From IMG/VR virus record IMGVR_UViG_3300014208_000001, positions 1 through 64,000 of that record: a stretch of DNA of 64,000 bases. One strand, 5' to 3'. Below are positions 45,957-55,421 of the stretch, piece after piece. The notes below the pieces were generated by a model that was given only the letters and a program-made list of their open reading frames with translations, ran no database searches and was not told the DNA's origin. The translations under genes were made by a program, and so were the position numbers. This DNA is from a virus. Taxonomy: Duplodnaviria > Heunggongvirae > Uroviricota > Caudoviricetes. Every line of letters begins with the position of its first letter. The stretch's first letter is position 1.

Positions 45957-46348
45957 AATATTATCTTAATTATGCGATACAGGGTTCATTTGGTTCAGAT
46001 CGCCGCGATGTATTATTTAGAATCGATGATAGGTTATTTCATTTTGATGGGACAGCTAGCGGATTCACTAACACAAGACCATGCATAGGAATAACATATG
46101 AAATTTTTATAGATGATTTTGTTAAAAATATGGATCAAATTTTTTCAATAACCTATATAACTAATAACGTCACTTTAGCAGCATATTTAACAATGAATGG
46201 GTTATATAAATCACTAGCGGTTACAGTAACAATTAGTGATTCATCACTTATATTACAATATGTCAAAGACCAGCGTACAATGGAGCATATCAAAATAAAT
46301 TTACTTGATTATGTAGATTTATTGACTCTATTGAAAGAAATTAAATGA
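45953..46348 (+). CDS. paralogue family member
   Basis: MKYY...TYEIFIDDF...INLLDY. Confidence 0.75.
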   Translation: MKYYLNYAIQGSFGSDRRDVLFRIDDRLFHFDGTASGFTNTRPCIGITYEIFIDDFVKNMDQIFSITYITNNVTLAAYLTMNGLYKSLAVTVTISDSSLILQYVKDQRTMEHIKINLLDYVDLLTLLKEIK

Positions 46349-46719
46349 AATATTTTATATATCAGTCAGAAATTTTAATTAAAATTGATAATAATCCGTC
46401 GATTCCATACAGTGAACCGTATTTTTTAACTGATTTTTCACATGATATGAATCCTATTTTATTTAATAGTAAAGTGCATATATGGATTGGTGAATTATAT
46501 GAAACTTTGATAGATGATTTTAGGAGAATTGGTCGTATAAGACACGCAAAATGTTTAGTAGACAATGCTGTGATGCTGTATGTAACTGTTGTTGACGAGT
46601 CATTTACTATCGTATTTAACAATGCTACTATTTCTATTTTAAAAGGTTTTTGCAATTATTTAATAGTAGAAACACCTTATAATGACTATATTGGATTTAA
46701 GGAATTATTTAAATTATGA
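46345..46719 (+). CDS. paralogue family member
   Basis: GELYETLIDDF...PYNDYIGF. Confidence 0.75.
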   Translation: MKYFIYQSEILIKIDNNPSIPYSEPYFLTDFSHDMNPILFNSKVHIWIGELYETLIDDFRRIGRIRHAKCLVDNAVMLYVTVVDESFTIVFNNATISILKGFCNYLIVETPYNDYIGFKELFKL

Positions 46720-47087
46720 AATTCAAAATGTATAATAATAATTCAATAAATATGGTTTACGAAATAACTGGTGAAATCGATGAATTATATAATAATTCGT
46801 TAAATATTGATCATATGGTTGATATACCTGAATTTTATGCGATTATTATTAGTGATTTATATAAATTTTATAGAGTGGTTGAAGTTTTAATACATCGTGA
46901 TAATGCTATGTTAGTTCGTATAATAAGCAAAACCGATAGTAAATTTTTGGGGTCAATTGATGTTTTAAATGAGTGTATTATTTGTTGCATTTCTATAAAT
47001 AATATGACTATGTTTACTTGCAAGATTAAAATTCATGAATATGTTGATTTTGCAATATTAAAAAAGGTAATTGATGAAATACTTTAG
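46716..47087 (+). CDS. paralogue family member
   Basis: IPEFYAIIISDL...IKIHEY. Confidence 0.75.
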   Translation: MKFKMYNNNSINMVYEITGEIDELYNNSLNIDHMVDIPEFYAIIISDLYKFYRVVEVLIHRDNAMLVRIISKTDSKFLGSIDVLNECIICCISINNMTMFTCKIKIHEYVDFAILKKVIDEIL

Positions 47088-47424
47088 ATGTATCGCTTGT
47101 GAAGATGATATATATGTATCAATTCTCAAGAATGAGCGATTTATCGCATTACATGGCACATACACCGAATATGAAAATGATCCGACCAAATGGGTATGGG
47201 TTGGATATTTAAATGAGTTACTAATAGACGATTTTTTAGAAATAGCCAACATACAATATATCAATAATGACGGGTATGATTTATTTATGGGTGGGTATTT
47301 AAAAGAAAACGGATTGTCGATTGATATCACTGGATATGATGATTCTATACATTATGGGTATTGTAATATTAGAGGTAGAATTTCATATTCAGATTATACT
47401 ACTTTAGCTGATATATTTCTGTAA
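47074..47424 (+). CDS. paralogue family member
   Basis: LNELLIDDF...ISYSDYTTL. Confidence 0.75.
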   Translation: MKYFRCIACEDDIYVSILKNERFIALHGTYTEYENDPTKWVWVGYLNELLIDDFLEIANIQYINNDGYDLFMGGYLKENGLSIDITGYDDSIHYGYCNIRGRISYSDYTTLADIFL

Positions 47425-47433
47425 ACGCTAAGC

Positions 47434-47886
47434 ATGCGTGCTGTAACACATTGTATGCAATTATTCATAGCAGAACAGACACTGACTGGTTCGTATTGTA
47501 TTTTATACAAGAAAGATAATAGGTATGTATATTTAGGAAGATTGCCAGAACCAATGCTATCAAGATGGGATATAAAGCCATTAAACGATGTTTATAGTGC
47601 TATTGTTAATGATTTTATTAATGTGGCGACTGTGATAGATGCTACGGTATCATTTGTGGGTGATCTATCACTTTATGGATATTATAATGGAAAAATTCCG
47701 CCTTCATATAGTAGCAATGAATGGCGAGATATATATATTACAGTTGAAGGAGATAAAATCACATGTAGCAATAAGCCGATTATAGAAATACTGGCCAACA
47801 TCACTAAAGAGCATGATATACGACCAATAAATTTAACAGTGAATTTAACACAATATACCAGTATTGAAGAGATAATAAATGAGTGA
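47434..47886 (+). CDS. paralogue family member
   Basis: LNDVYSAIVNDF...VNLTQY. Confidence 0.75.
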   Translation: MRAVTHCMQLFIAEQTLTGSYCILYKKDNRYVYLGRLPEPMLSRWDIKPLNDVYSAIVNDFINVATVIDATVSFVGDLSLYGYYNGKIPPSYSSNEWRDIYITVEGDKITCSNKPIIEILANITKEHDIRPINLTVNLTQYTSIEEIINE

Positions 47887-48256
47887 ATATTACATTGTTT
47901 ATGGGTATGGCGGCACCAATGCCCATATTTATAATAAAAATGGAGACTATTTAGAATCTTTACAAACAGGACGTACCACTAAAATTTTCACTAATTATGA
48001 TATTGAAAAAGTGAATGATTTATATAGTATTATAATAGATGATGTCGTAAAATATGGTATGCCTATAATAGAATGTTATTACACTATGAAAAATATAATT
48101 ATCACATTTTTCATAAACAAAAACGGCCCATATATTATACTTACGATAGGTATAAATGATATAACATGGGTATTTCCGTGTAGAGGCCAAGGTAGAATAT
48201 TATTGCACGATTATGTGAGTGTAAATCATATTGTGCAATTAGCGGTTGGGGATTAA
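47879..48256 (+). CDS. paralogue family member
   Basis: VNDLYSIIIDDV...ILLHDY. Confidence 0.75.
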   Translation: MSEYYIVYGYGGTNAHIYNKNGDYLESLQTGRTTKIFTNYDIEKVNDLYSIIIDDVVKYGMPIIECYYTMKNIIITFFINKNGPYIILTIGINDITWVFPCRGQGRILLHDYVSVNHIVQLAVGD

Positions 48257-48257
48257 T

Positions 48258-48656
48258 ATGTATTTTATTAGTGCTATAGAAAGCAATGGTTACAAAGATG
48301 TTTTTATCAAACGTGATAATGGTTACATATCATTTACCGCACGTCATGCTTATATTTGCCATAAACGAGTGGTTCCTCTTGATGATATGAAAACGATATT
48401 TATAAATGATTTTTTAGAGATAGGTCATATCAATGATACATTCGAAACAATTAGTGGTGAATTTTGGGTGCATGGTAGTCTTCGAATGTATCATACTAAT
48501 ATAAATGTAAAACTCACTGATACACTTTTTGGATGGGGAATTGGAAATTCGAATTGTATACGCGAATCATTCAATATACATGATTATGTAAATCTTAGGT
48601 TCGTAACTAATAGGGCATATGAAGAGTATCATTACAGACAGAATGCTACAAAATGA
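48258..48656 (+). CDS. paralogue family member
   Basis: LDDMKTIFINDF...FNIHDYVNL. Confidence 0.75.
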   Translation: MYFISAIESNGYKDVFIKRDNGYISFTARHAYICHKRVVPLDDMKTIFINDFLEIGHINDTFETISGEFWVHGSLRMYHTNINVKLTDTLFGWGIGNSNCIRESFNIHDYVNLRFVTNRAYEEYHYRQNATK

Positions 48657-49003
48657 TAATATTCACAATTAAACAACATCCGTTAAAATTAGAACTTAAT
48701 GATATTATGCCTGTTTTCTCAGTGCAACATATTGATATTGCTATTAGAAAATCGCCTCGAGAATTTATTATTGATAATAATTGTCTACTTGATGATAATG
48801 AATTTTGGTTTTATATTCGATTGTTATTTCCATATCATAGACATGATGGTCTTCCTGACACTGATGCTATTATTACTGATGGAAAAGAATATTATCTTGT
48901 TAACACGTCATTGGTGTCTTCCAATAGAAAGAAGAAGAGATTAGTATTCAATCGATTGGCGAAAGAACTAATCGATGATGCGCTCAAACAATTTTATCGA
49001 TAA
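48653..49003 (+). CDS. hypothetical protein
   Basis: ATGA-coupled ORF. Confidence 0.6.
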   Translation: MIIFTIKQHPLKLELNDIMPVFSVQHIDIAIRKSPREFIIDNNCLLDDNEFWFYIRLLFPYHRHDGLPDTDAIITDGKEYYLVNTSLVSSNRKKKRLVFNRLAKELIDDALKQFYR

Positions 49004-49012
49004 AGAGGTATT

Positions 49013-49428
49013 ATGAAGTACAACATTCCGTCCATTGGCGATAAAATTAAACTTACACGTGATTGGTGCTTTCCGCTTTATTTTGAAGCAGAAATAATGG
49101 GCTTCTAGCGAGGTTTCGGCCTGGTATTATATATGGATGGCGAAGCAATGACAATTCTATTATTGTCACACTTGAGAAGGACACTATCCTTAGAATAGAT
49201 CGGATTTATATTCGCAAAGGCAAAAGTGAATGGGATAGTATCACTTTCGTTATTTCAGATGCACCGAATGATAAGAATCGGTGTAAGCATTCTAGTATTA
49301 AACAATATTATGGAAAGGATGCTGTCATACCTGATGAAGATCCTAATACTGTTGAAAAGCTTAAAGGCGCACGGTTCTGGGCCAAACTTGATGATGTTAA
49401 CGAAATCTATTATATTAAGTTAGATTAA
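49013..49428 (+). pseudogene. frameshifted phage hypothetical gene
   Basis: GAGG RBS; MKYNIPSIGD...LYFE, then continues in -1 frame RNNGLL...DRIYIRKG...RFWAKLDDVNEI to TAA overlapping next ATG; 416 nt. Confidence 0.7.
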
Positions 49429-49778
49429 TGCAAATATTTTATTATTGCGGATCGACTATATTTAATGATAAGTTATATGAATTTGGCACACAAATCAATG
49501 TCAGATCATCTATACATATCAAAAATAAAATGATATTACCTGATTTTTATCAAATAATATTAAATGATTTTGCTGGTTGCAGATTTTCGCGAATATGGGC
49601 ATTAATAATACCAAGAAGTGATAAATTAATACTTCAATTTGCCATAACGCCAAAACAGAAATCATCATGGATTACTGTATTAATCCATGATGTGATCGAA
49701 ATAATCGGTATCGAAAAACACACGATTAATTTGTGTGATTATGACATGAATGAAATCAGAAGAATATTATGGTCATAA
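49428..49778 (+). CDS. paralogue family member
   Basis: LPDFYQIILNDF...INLCDY. Confidence 0.75.
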   Translation: MQIFYYCGSTIFNDKLYEFGTQINVRSSIHIKNKMILPDFYQIILNDFAGCRFSRIWALIIPRSDKLILQFAITPKQKSSWITVLIHDVIEIIGIEKHTINLCDYDMNEIRRILWS

Positions 49779-50063
49779 TTCATCCCACATTTTCTTATCA
49801 TATTCATTTATATCATAAATGTACGTGACGTTACTTTTTATAATAATAGAATCGCTCGTTAACCGCACAATTCTAAGTGTTTTAAATCCATAAACAATGA
49901 CCACAAACTCTTTATATTCTTCAATCTCAGCCGATAAAGCACCAAATTTACACACCATATCATGCAATATTAAAGAATACAATTCAGAAAGTACAATTGT
50001 CGGTTCAACTATAGCGGCATCTAATGGATATACTGCTTTAGTGCATGAACCATATTTATACAT
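49773..50063 (-). CDS. paralogue family member
   Basis: LSELYSLILHDM...YDINEY. Confidence 0.72.
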   Translation of the reverse strand: MYKYGSCTKAVYPLDAAIVEPTIVLSELYSLILHDMVCKFGALSAEIEEYKEFVVIVYGFKTLRIVRLTSDSIIIKSNVTYIYDINEYDKKMWDEL

Positions 50064-50433
50064 TTTGCATCCCAAATAATGTGTATAATGAATATTTTGT
50101 GTATTCAGTATATCGTATTCCTTTGCCTTTTACTATTACGCAATCATGGTCAATTCCTATCTTATAGAATCTCATTCTTGGCGGATTTTTAATTATACGA
50201 TGTGTAGCAAATGATAACGTGACAAATCCATTGTTATATTCATAACAAGAAAAATCGTATGCACCAAACACATCTATTATGTCGTCTATGATTACACATG
50301 CTATTTCTGATAATGCTGTTTTGCTATTAATATATCTAACTGGGTCCGACGTATTAGCTCTTAGATTGTTATCATCAAATACCCAATAGTATGTGCTTCC
50401 GTCCGATCTATGTTCATTGCTAAAATAGTACAT
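50056..50433 (-). CDS. paralogue family member
   Basis: MYY...LSEIACVIIDDI...IRYTEY. Confidence 0.72.
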   Translation of the reverse strand: MYYFSNEHRSDGSTYYWVFDDNNLRANTSDPVRYINSKTALSEIACVIIDDIIDVFGAYDFSCYEYNNGFVTLSFATHRIIKNPPRMRFYKIGIDHDCVIVKGKGIRYTEYTKYSLYTLFGMQNV

Positions 50434-50722
50434 CACATGTCTTTCTAAGATTTTTAATTTGCGTGTCGTATTCAGAAAATTGTACTGTACCAATTCCTGG
50501 TATTAATAATGATTCATCAAAAATCAAAATATTATGGGATACACCATGTATGTCACGTATTGTTATTTTATAAAAGCCAACCCATTTCATTGATATAATA
50601 TTCAATTTAGCATCTTCTATATCATTTAATATTATCGTTACTATTTCTGGTATTTCTATACCATATGTACGACCTGGGATCACTTCATCTATTAGCGCGC
50701 CGATTCGTCTATATTGTTTCAT
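50420..50722 (-). CDS. paralogue family member
   Basis: MKQY...IPEIVTIILNDI...VQFSEY. Confidence 0.72.
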   Translation of the reverse strand: MKQYRRIGALIDEVIPGRTYGIEIPEIVTIILNDIEDAKLNIISMKWVGFYKITIRDIHGVSHNILIFDESLLIPGIGTVQFSEYDTQIKNLRKTCDVLF

Positions 50723-51309
50723 AAGTACTCCATAATGTGAGTATATTCTGTAAATAAAACTTTTAAATATTCATGTTTTTCGTACGATGACATAATATTC
50801 CTAGTCCACCGTAATATTTTAATATGGTCATTATTTATATCTATTACATAAAGTTCATTTGGATTTGCGGTGTGAATTAAACAAGACCATACTACATCAT
50901 AATTCATGCATGGCCTACAAAGCGAATCTACTAAAATCACCGCGTTATTATAAATATCATTTACAATAACCAACAATATATCAGATTGTATTATATCTGG
51001 GGTATCATCTTTGTAATAACCTTCTACTTTATTTAGTTCGCTGAATGGGTGAATACATCCATTTTCGACGTATCCTAATGAAGTCCTATCGTACCGTGCA
51101 ATAGTGTAATATGATCCGTGGTATTTAGGCGTGATATTAACTATAAGGTAAGAGTTTTGGTATTGTGCACTTGGGGATACAAAAAATGATCTTAGAAACA
51201 GATTATGTATTCGTGCTAATATCTTATATTTTGTGTAATACTTACGAATTAAATATAATGATTCTTTATACTTATCTATTTCAAACGATGCCCACATATT
51301 AGTCTCCAA
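50719..51309 (-). CDS. paralogue family member with N-terminal extension
   Basis: SDILLVIVNDI...VLFTEY. Confidence 0.65.
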   Translation of the reverse strand: METNMWASFEIDKYKESLYLIRKYYTKYKILARIHNLFLRSFFVSPSAQYQNSYLIVNITPKYHGSYYTIARYDRTSLGYVENGCIHPFSELNKVEGYYKDDTPDIIQSDILLVIVNDIYNNAVILVDSLCRPCMNYDVVWSCLIHTANPNELYVIDINNDHIKILRWTRNIMSSYEKHEYLKVLFTEYTHIMEYL

Positions 51310-51335
51310 TTTTTATTGCAAGCATTTAAAACGTG

Positions 51336-51686
51336 TTAATTATCGAATATTAAGAAAGTATTTCTAATAAATTTTATAAATCCTTTTTTTGAATATTCAG
51401 ATAAGTTATAAACTTTGGCGGATATGTCTTGTCTAAACGGGCCAGTGACAAAATCAGAAGTAACCTTATCATTATTTATTGTTATATATAAATGATATGA
51501 GATATTTGAGTATTTAAGTTCGCATATAGCGCTATTATTATAATAGTATATCATATCTGTTTGTTTTTCAGTTAGTATATCATTTAATAATACTATTATC
51601 ATTTCTGATAATGGTGTATCAGCTGCATTTTGAATCATATATAAATTTTGTTTATGTTTTATTATTGATGAATAATGGGTGATCAT
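51336..51686 (-). CDS. paralogue family member
   Basis: LSEMIIVLLNDI...YNLSEY. Confidence 0.72.
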   Translation of the reverse strand: MITHYSSIIKHKQNLYMIQNAADTPLSEMIIVLLNDILTEKQTDMIYYYNNSAICELKYSNISYHLYITINNDKVTSDFVTGPFRQDISAKVYNLSEYSKKGFIKFIRNTFLIFDN

Positions 51687-51937
51687 TTAACTTTATCTGA
51701 TTCATTATAAATTGCGCCTTCTGATTCATGGCTTTCTGATACTGTAAAGCCTATCTCAGAAGCGTATTTGACAAGTTCACCGTACGTGTCGACTTTGATA
51801 CCGATTTTATTGGCTCGAGATTTCATAATATCTATAACTTCGTGATCAAAAGCGAAATCATCTAAAGTGCCTGTTATTTTGAAAATTTTACCATCTTTAT
51901 TGACATATAATTTAGGATAATATGCTACAATTTTCAT
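51683..51937 (-). CDS. hypothetical protein
   Basis: GGAGG RBS. Confidence 0.62.
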   Translation of the reverse strand: MKIVAYYPKLYVNKDGKIFKITGTLDDFAFDHEVIDIMKSRANKIGIKVDTYGELVKYASEIGFTVSESHESEGAIYNESDKVK

Positions 51938-51946
51938 TTTTGCCTC

Positions 51947-52888
51947 CTAAATGTCTGAATGGTCATCGTAATATCTTTTGAGAATCATCATGTCAATTGT
52001 GGTAAGTCTATCACCACTAATATCTTTTTTAGCAAAAACAGTATTGTAAAATTTGACAGAATGCCCCTCAGTATGACTTAAAAAATACATATTGAAATCA
52101 AAATCAACCACAATGTAATACTTGTAATTATGATAATAGCATTCAAATATGATACCAGCATCATCACCAACATCATTATCTCTAAAAACATTATTATTTC
52201 TAATTGAAACGTATTCAAAATTAGCTATACGTGTCATATGGATTTTACATTCATCATAATAATTATTATCAAAATAATCCCACACGACCTTATTAGCATT
52301 AGCTGTTGTATGCTTTTTGATTTCGTCAGCAGAGCATCCTTGATGCGATTTGGTATCGATTACATATTTAATAAATTCGTCCAATGTCAAACCATTTTTC
52401 GAGAATTTAATAAATGCTTTGCCATTTATATCAAGAACTGAAACATTACACGATATATTATAAATATTAAGATTAGATTGATGCACAGTATATTCTCTAT
52501 TTATTTTAAATTTAATGCGCAAACCTTTCTCAGCATCAAAATAATAACTACCTTTAAAATCATACCCCGCATCAGACAATGCTTTTCTAACAGTATTATA
52601 ATATGTATTACGCGATACAAAATGTTGAGATTTAATTAATTCTATGACGTTGGTGCATCTGTATACGTTGCATTTATCAATAGTCAACATTTGGCTTTCA
52701 GTATTATACGTGATATTTTGATCTGGCATTACATACACATATGGCCCGTATGCTTTTCTAAAACCATTCTCCATTAATTCTCGGCCTAACATGATATCAC
52801 GATAATATACTCTTAATTTGCGTTGATAATGATATAATATTATCACTGTTAATACAGAAAACCAAATTGTAAAGCCGATTAGGTACAT
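51947..52888 (-). CDS. hypothetical protein with N-terminal TM helix
   Basis: 313 aa; hydrophobic first ~18 residues. Confidence 0.7.
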   Translation of the reverse strand: MYLIGFTIWFSVLTVIILYHYQRKLRVYYRDIMLGRELMENGFRKAYGPYVYVMPDQNITYNTESQMLTIDKCNVYRCTNVIELIKSQHFVSRNTYYNTVRKALSDAGYDFKGSYYFDAEKGLRIKFKINREYTVHQSNLNIYNISCNVSVLDINGKAFIKFSKNGLTLDEFIKYVIDTKSHQGCSADEIKKHTTANANKVVWDYFDNNYYDECKIHMTRIANFEYVSIRNNNVFRDNDVGDDAGIIFECYYHNYKYYIVVDFDFNMYFLSHTEGHSVKFYNTVFAKKDISGDRLTTIDMMILKRYYDDHSDI

Positions 52889-53316
52889 AATAACTTCCCA
52901 ATGATTGTTTTAATAGTGTCATATGAATATGTGTGCAAAGGTATTTTACCGCACATATCAAAACACTCATCTATTTCTTGCTCCGTGAAACCGTTTAATA
53001 AATTTTCAGATTGTACATACGAAACAATATTAATATCTAAACATGATTGATCAATCTCAATAACAAAGATTATCTTAACAGATTTAATATGTATTGATAT
53101 ATTATTATCATCATTATCATTAGTTATGAAACATTCGTCGGCATCATGTACTATACACAAGATAAATATGTCATTTACGATAATTTGGAATATTTCGCTG
53201 AGCCCATCACTCGCCATATCATCTGGGCCATTAACTATTTTGCCATAACTATATCTAGGATAGATAGCATTATCACTATATGATGGATTATATGATCTAA
53301 ATTTTCTAAATATCAT
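52879..53316 (-). CDS. paralogue family member
   Basis: LSEIFQIIVNDI...IPLHTY. Confidence 0.72.
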   Translation of the reverse strand: MIFRKFRSYNPSYSDNAIYPRYSYGKIVNGPDDMASDGLSEIFQIIVNDIFILCIVHDADECFITNDNDDNNISIHIKSVKIIFVIEIDQSCLDINIVSYVQSENLLNGFTEQEIDECFDMCGKIPLHTYSYDTIKTIIGKLLCT

Positions 53317-53323
53317 GCTCTAC

Positions 53324-53351
53324 TTTACTGCGTTTAATGTCGGTGCAATAG
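53324..53351 (+). promoter_or_regulatory. promoter-like motif
   Basis: TTTACT-N14-TGCAATAG. Confidence 0.65.
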
Positions 53352-53385
53352 AAGTTATCGTCACACCTCATTTAGAGTTGGATCA

Positions 53386-54156
53386 ATGCTGAAATTCACT
53401 TACCCGCCAAGAACGTCCTCTTGCACTCCGATTACCGAAGTAAATTTTTTCGCTATTCTTGGGTACATGGCTCAATATAAAGTCAATGATTCACGGTTGG
53501 TGTTGATTATTAATAGTGTCGATGATATTCAATTATGGAATAGACATGGTTCAAAAATGGTGTACACGCCACCCGGAGAATTAATTAATCAATTGAAAGA
53601 ATTGGCTTCTATCACAGGTCCATGTATCCTTGATGGCGGCTTGCTTGATTCTAAACATAAAGCAATTAAAGATACTATTGCATTGTGGGATATTTTAAAT
53701 CATAATGGTACACCATTACGCGGTACAACATACATGGAACGTCAGAAAATGTTGCATACTATGTTGCTTGGTGATGAGTTGACGATATTCAGCCAAAGCG
53801 ATAAAAGTAAGCGTATTATTGGGTCATGTCATGTTGGCTATAATTTCAAAGATCCAGTATATGCTGATGTTGATAAGACTGTTCAATTGTCTGGCGGTAT
53901 TTTCTTGATGACTAATTATAGAAACAATTGGGATAATATGTGGGAGAAACTCACAGAGACAAATGCGCCATACACCAATATTGAAAGCAGAAAATATTCA
54001 TCTGGCGGGACGATAACAAAACAACATATTACTCCATTAATTGAGGGGTTGGTTTTTAAAGACCCCACTGGCAAATTAACTAATGGTTTGTCAGAGAATA
54101 ATAATGCATCATGGCAAGCTAAGAGCCGTGTTGAAACTAATCGTCATAAATTTTAA
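53386..54156 (+). CDS. ATP-dependent ligase-like nucleotidyltransferase (adenylation domain only)
   Basis: motif I QYKVNDSR, WNRHG, ILDGGL, LWDIL, motif IV EGLVFK, WQAKSR. Confidence 0.78.
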   Translation: MLKFTYPPRTSSCTPITEVNFFAILGYMAQYKVNDSRLVLIINSVDDIQLWNRHGSKMVYTPPGELINQLKELASITGPCILDGGLLDSKHKAIKDTIALWDILNHNGTPLRGTTYMERQKMLHTMLLGDELTIFSQSDKSKRIIGSCHVGYNFKDPVYADVDKTVQLSGGIFLMTNYRNNWDNMWEKLTETNAPYTNIESRKYSSGGTITKQHITPLIEGLVFKDPTGKLTNGLSENNNASWQAKSRVETNRHKF

Positions 54157-54176
54157 TAGATTGTCACTAAGAGAAA

Positions 54177-54665
54177 TCAGTCTATTTTGCAAGTCATAGT
54201 CCCACATTTATATCTATGCCACTGATTGCATTTTTCGCATAATGTGCAATTATATCTCATATATAATTCATTAATTAAAGCATCTTCCGCTATTGGTAAA
54301 TTATAAAATTTTATAACTCGTGATAAATTAATATTATTAACTTCAGTGATTTGGTTATGTATGCTACCTATTTGGTCATACTTATAAAATGCTTTTTTGA
54401 TTGATGCGTGTACTAAATCTGTTGCATTATCTAGGACGTCCCCACAGTATGCGAATTTATAATATGATATACCCTTACCTTCATAATATATGAAATCATC
54501 ATGAAATTTAAAAGTTGAAACCAATTCATCAGTGCTAAATCTGTCCATGCGCATTACTGGTAAGTAAAGCGTCATATGAGTATCATGCGGTAAATATGTG
54601 ATTAGTTTGACTGGAGTAGATTCTATTATGTGGTCATAAATAGCTGATTTAATCTCTGAAATCAT
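54177..54665 (-). CDS. hypothetical protein with C-terminal CxxC
   Basis: 162 aa ORF. Confidence 0.6.
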   Translation of the reverse strand: MISEIKSAIYDHIIESTPVKLITYLPHDTHMTLYLPVMRMDRFSTDELVSTFKFHDDFIYYEGKGISYYKFAYCGDVLDNATDLVHASIKKAFYKYDQIGSIHNQITEVNNINLSRVIKFYNLPIAEDALINELYMRYNCTLCEKCNQWHRYKCGTMTCKID

Positions 54666-55326
54666 TTATTGTTTCTTCTGTTAGGATATATGGGTGATCA
54701 CCATGATAATATGTGAGGTGCGAATCTAATTTAACATCATTATTATTCATATGATTCACTAATTTTGCTAGTGTTCTTGCTGAATATTCGATATCTTTTA
54801 TACCACTTCCTATTGTCAATTTAAATTCTGTTAATTTGCTTCTTTTGCATTGTTTTTTGGCGAACCATTCACGTGATTCTACGTTATACCAATACCATCT
54901 GTGTGGTGATATTAGTCGTGAACCTACAAAGAATTTAGCTTCTAGTAATGGTTGTCCCATTGCACAGTTTAGCATTTGTGACTTGTTATAAGATGATGGA
55001 TTTTTTATAAATTGAAATCTGATAATATAACTTCTTTTTGATTTTATTAGTATCGCCATTGGCCCAGAGCACATATCTGCATAAAATGCTTGATCACATA
55101 ATTTGTCTGTTGGTGATGTTAATATTTTTGATGATTTTAATATTAATAGATAATCTTCTGGTTTTATTGGTATTACGACGCATGTTTTTGATATCAAACT
55201 ATTACGTTTATTCCTTATGTCAATTGGTAGATTTCTATATACGAATGGTACTATACGAGTACCTTTTAATATTTTCCTTAATTGACATACATATTCTAAT
55301 AATAATATTTTTGAAAGATTTTCCAT
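54649..55326 (-). CDS. hypothetical protein
   Basis: 225 aa ORF. Confidence 0.6.
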   Translation of the reverse strand: MENLSKILLLEYVCQLRKILKGTRIVPFVYRNLPIDIRNKRNSLISKTCVVIPIKPEDYLLILKSSKILTSPTDKLCDQAFYADMCSGPMAILIKSKRSYIIRFQFIKNPSSYNKSQMLNCAMGQPLLEAKFFVGSRLISPHRWYWYNVESREWFAKKQCKRSKLTEFKLTIGSGIKDIEYSARTLAKLVNHMNNNDVKLDSHLTYYHGDHPYILTEETINDFRD

Positions 55327-55421
55327 TTTTCACAATGTTTCCATGTTGTTTTTCGTGTAAAATACTACATCGATCTTGTGTAAATATATAGTAGAGTGAA
55401 GTTATCCATTGAGGTTTATAA

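Noticed and set aside
27584-53316. Diversity-generating retroelement as the source of paralogue variation
   Set aside because: No reverse transcriptase and no template/variable repeat pair differing only at adenines was seen in this window
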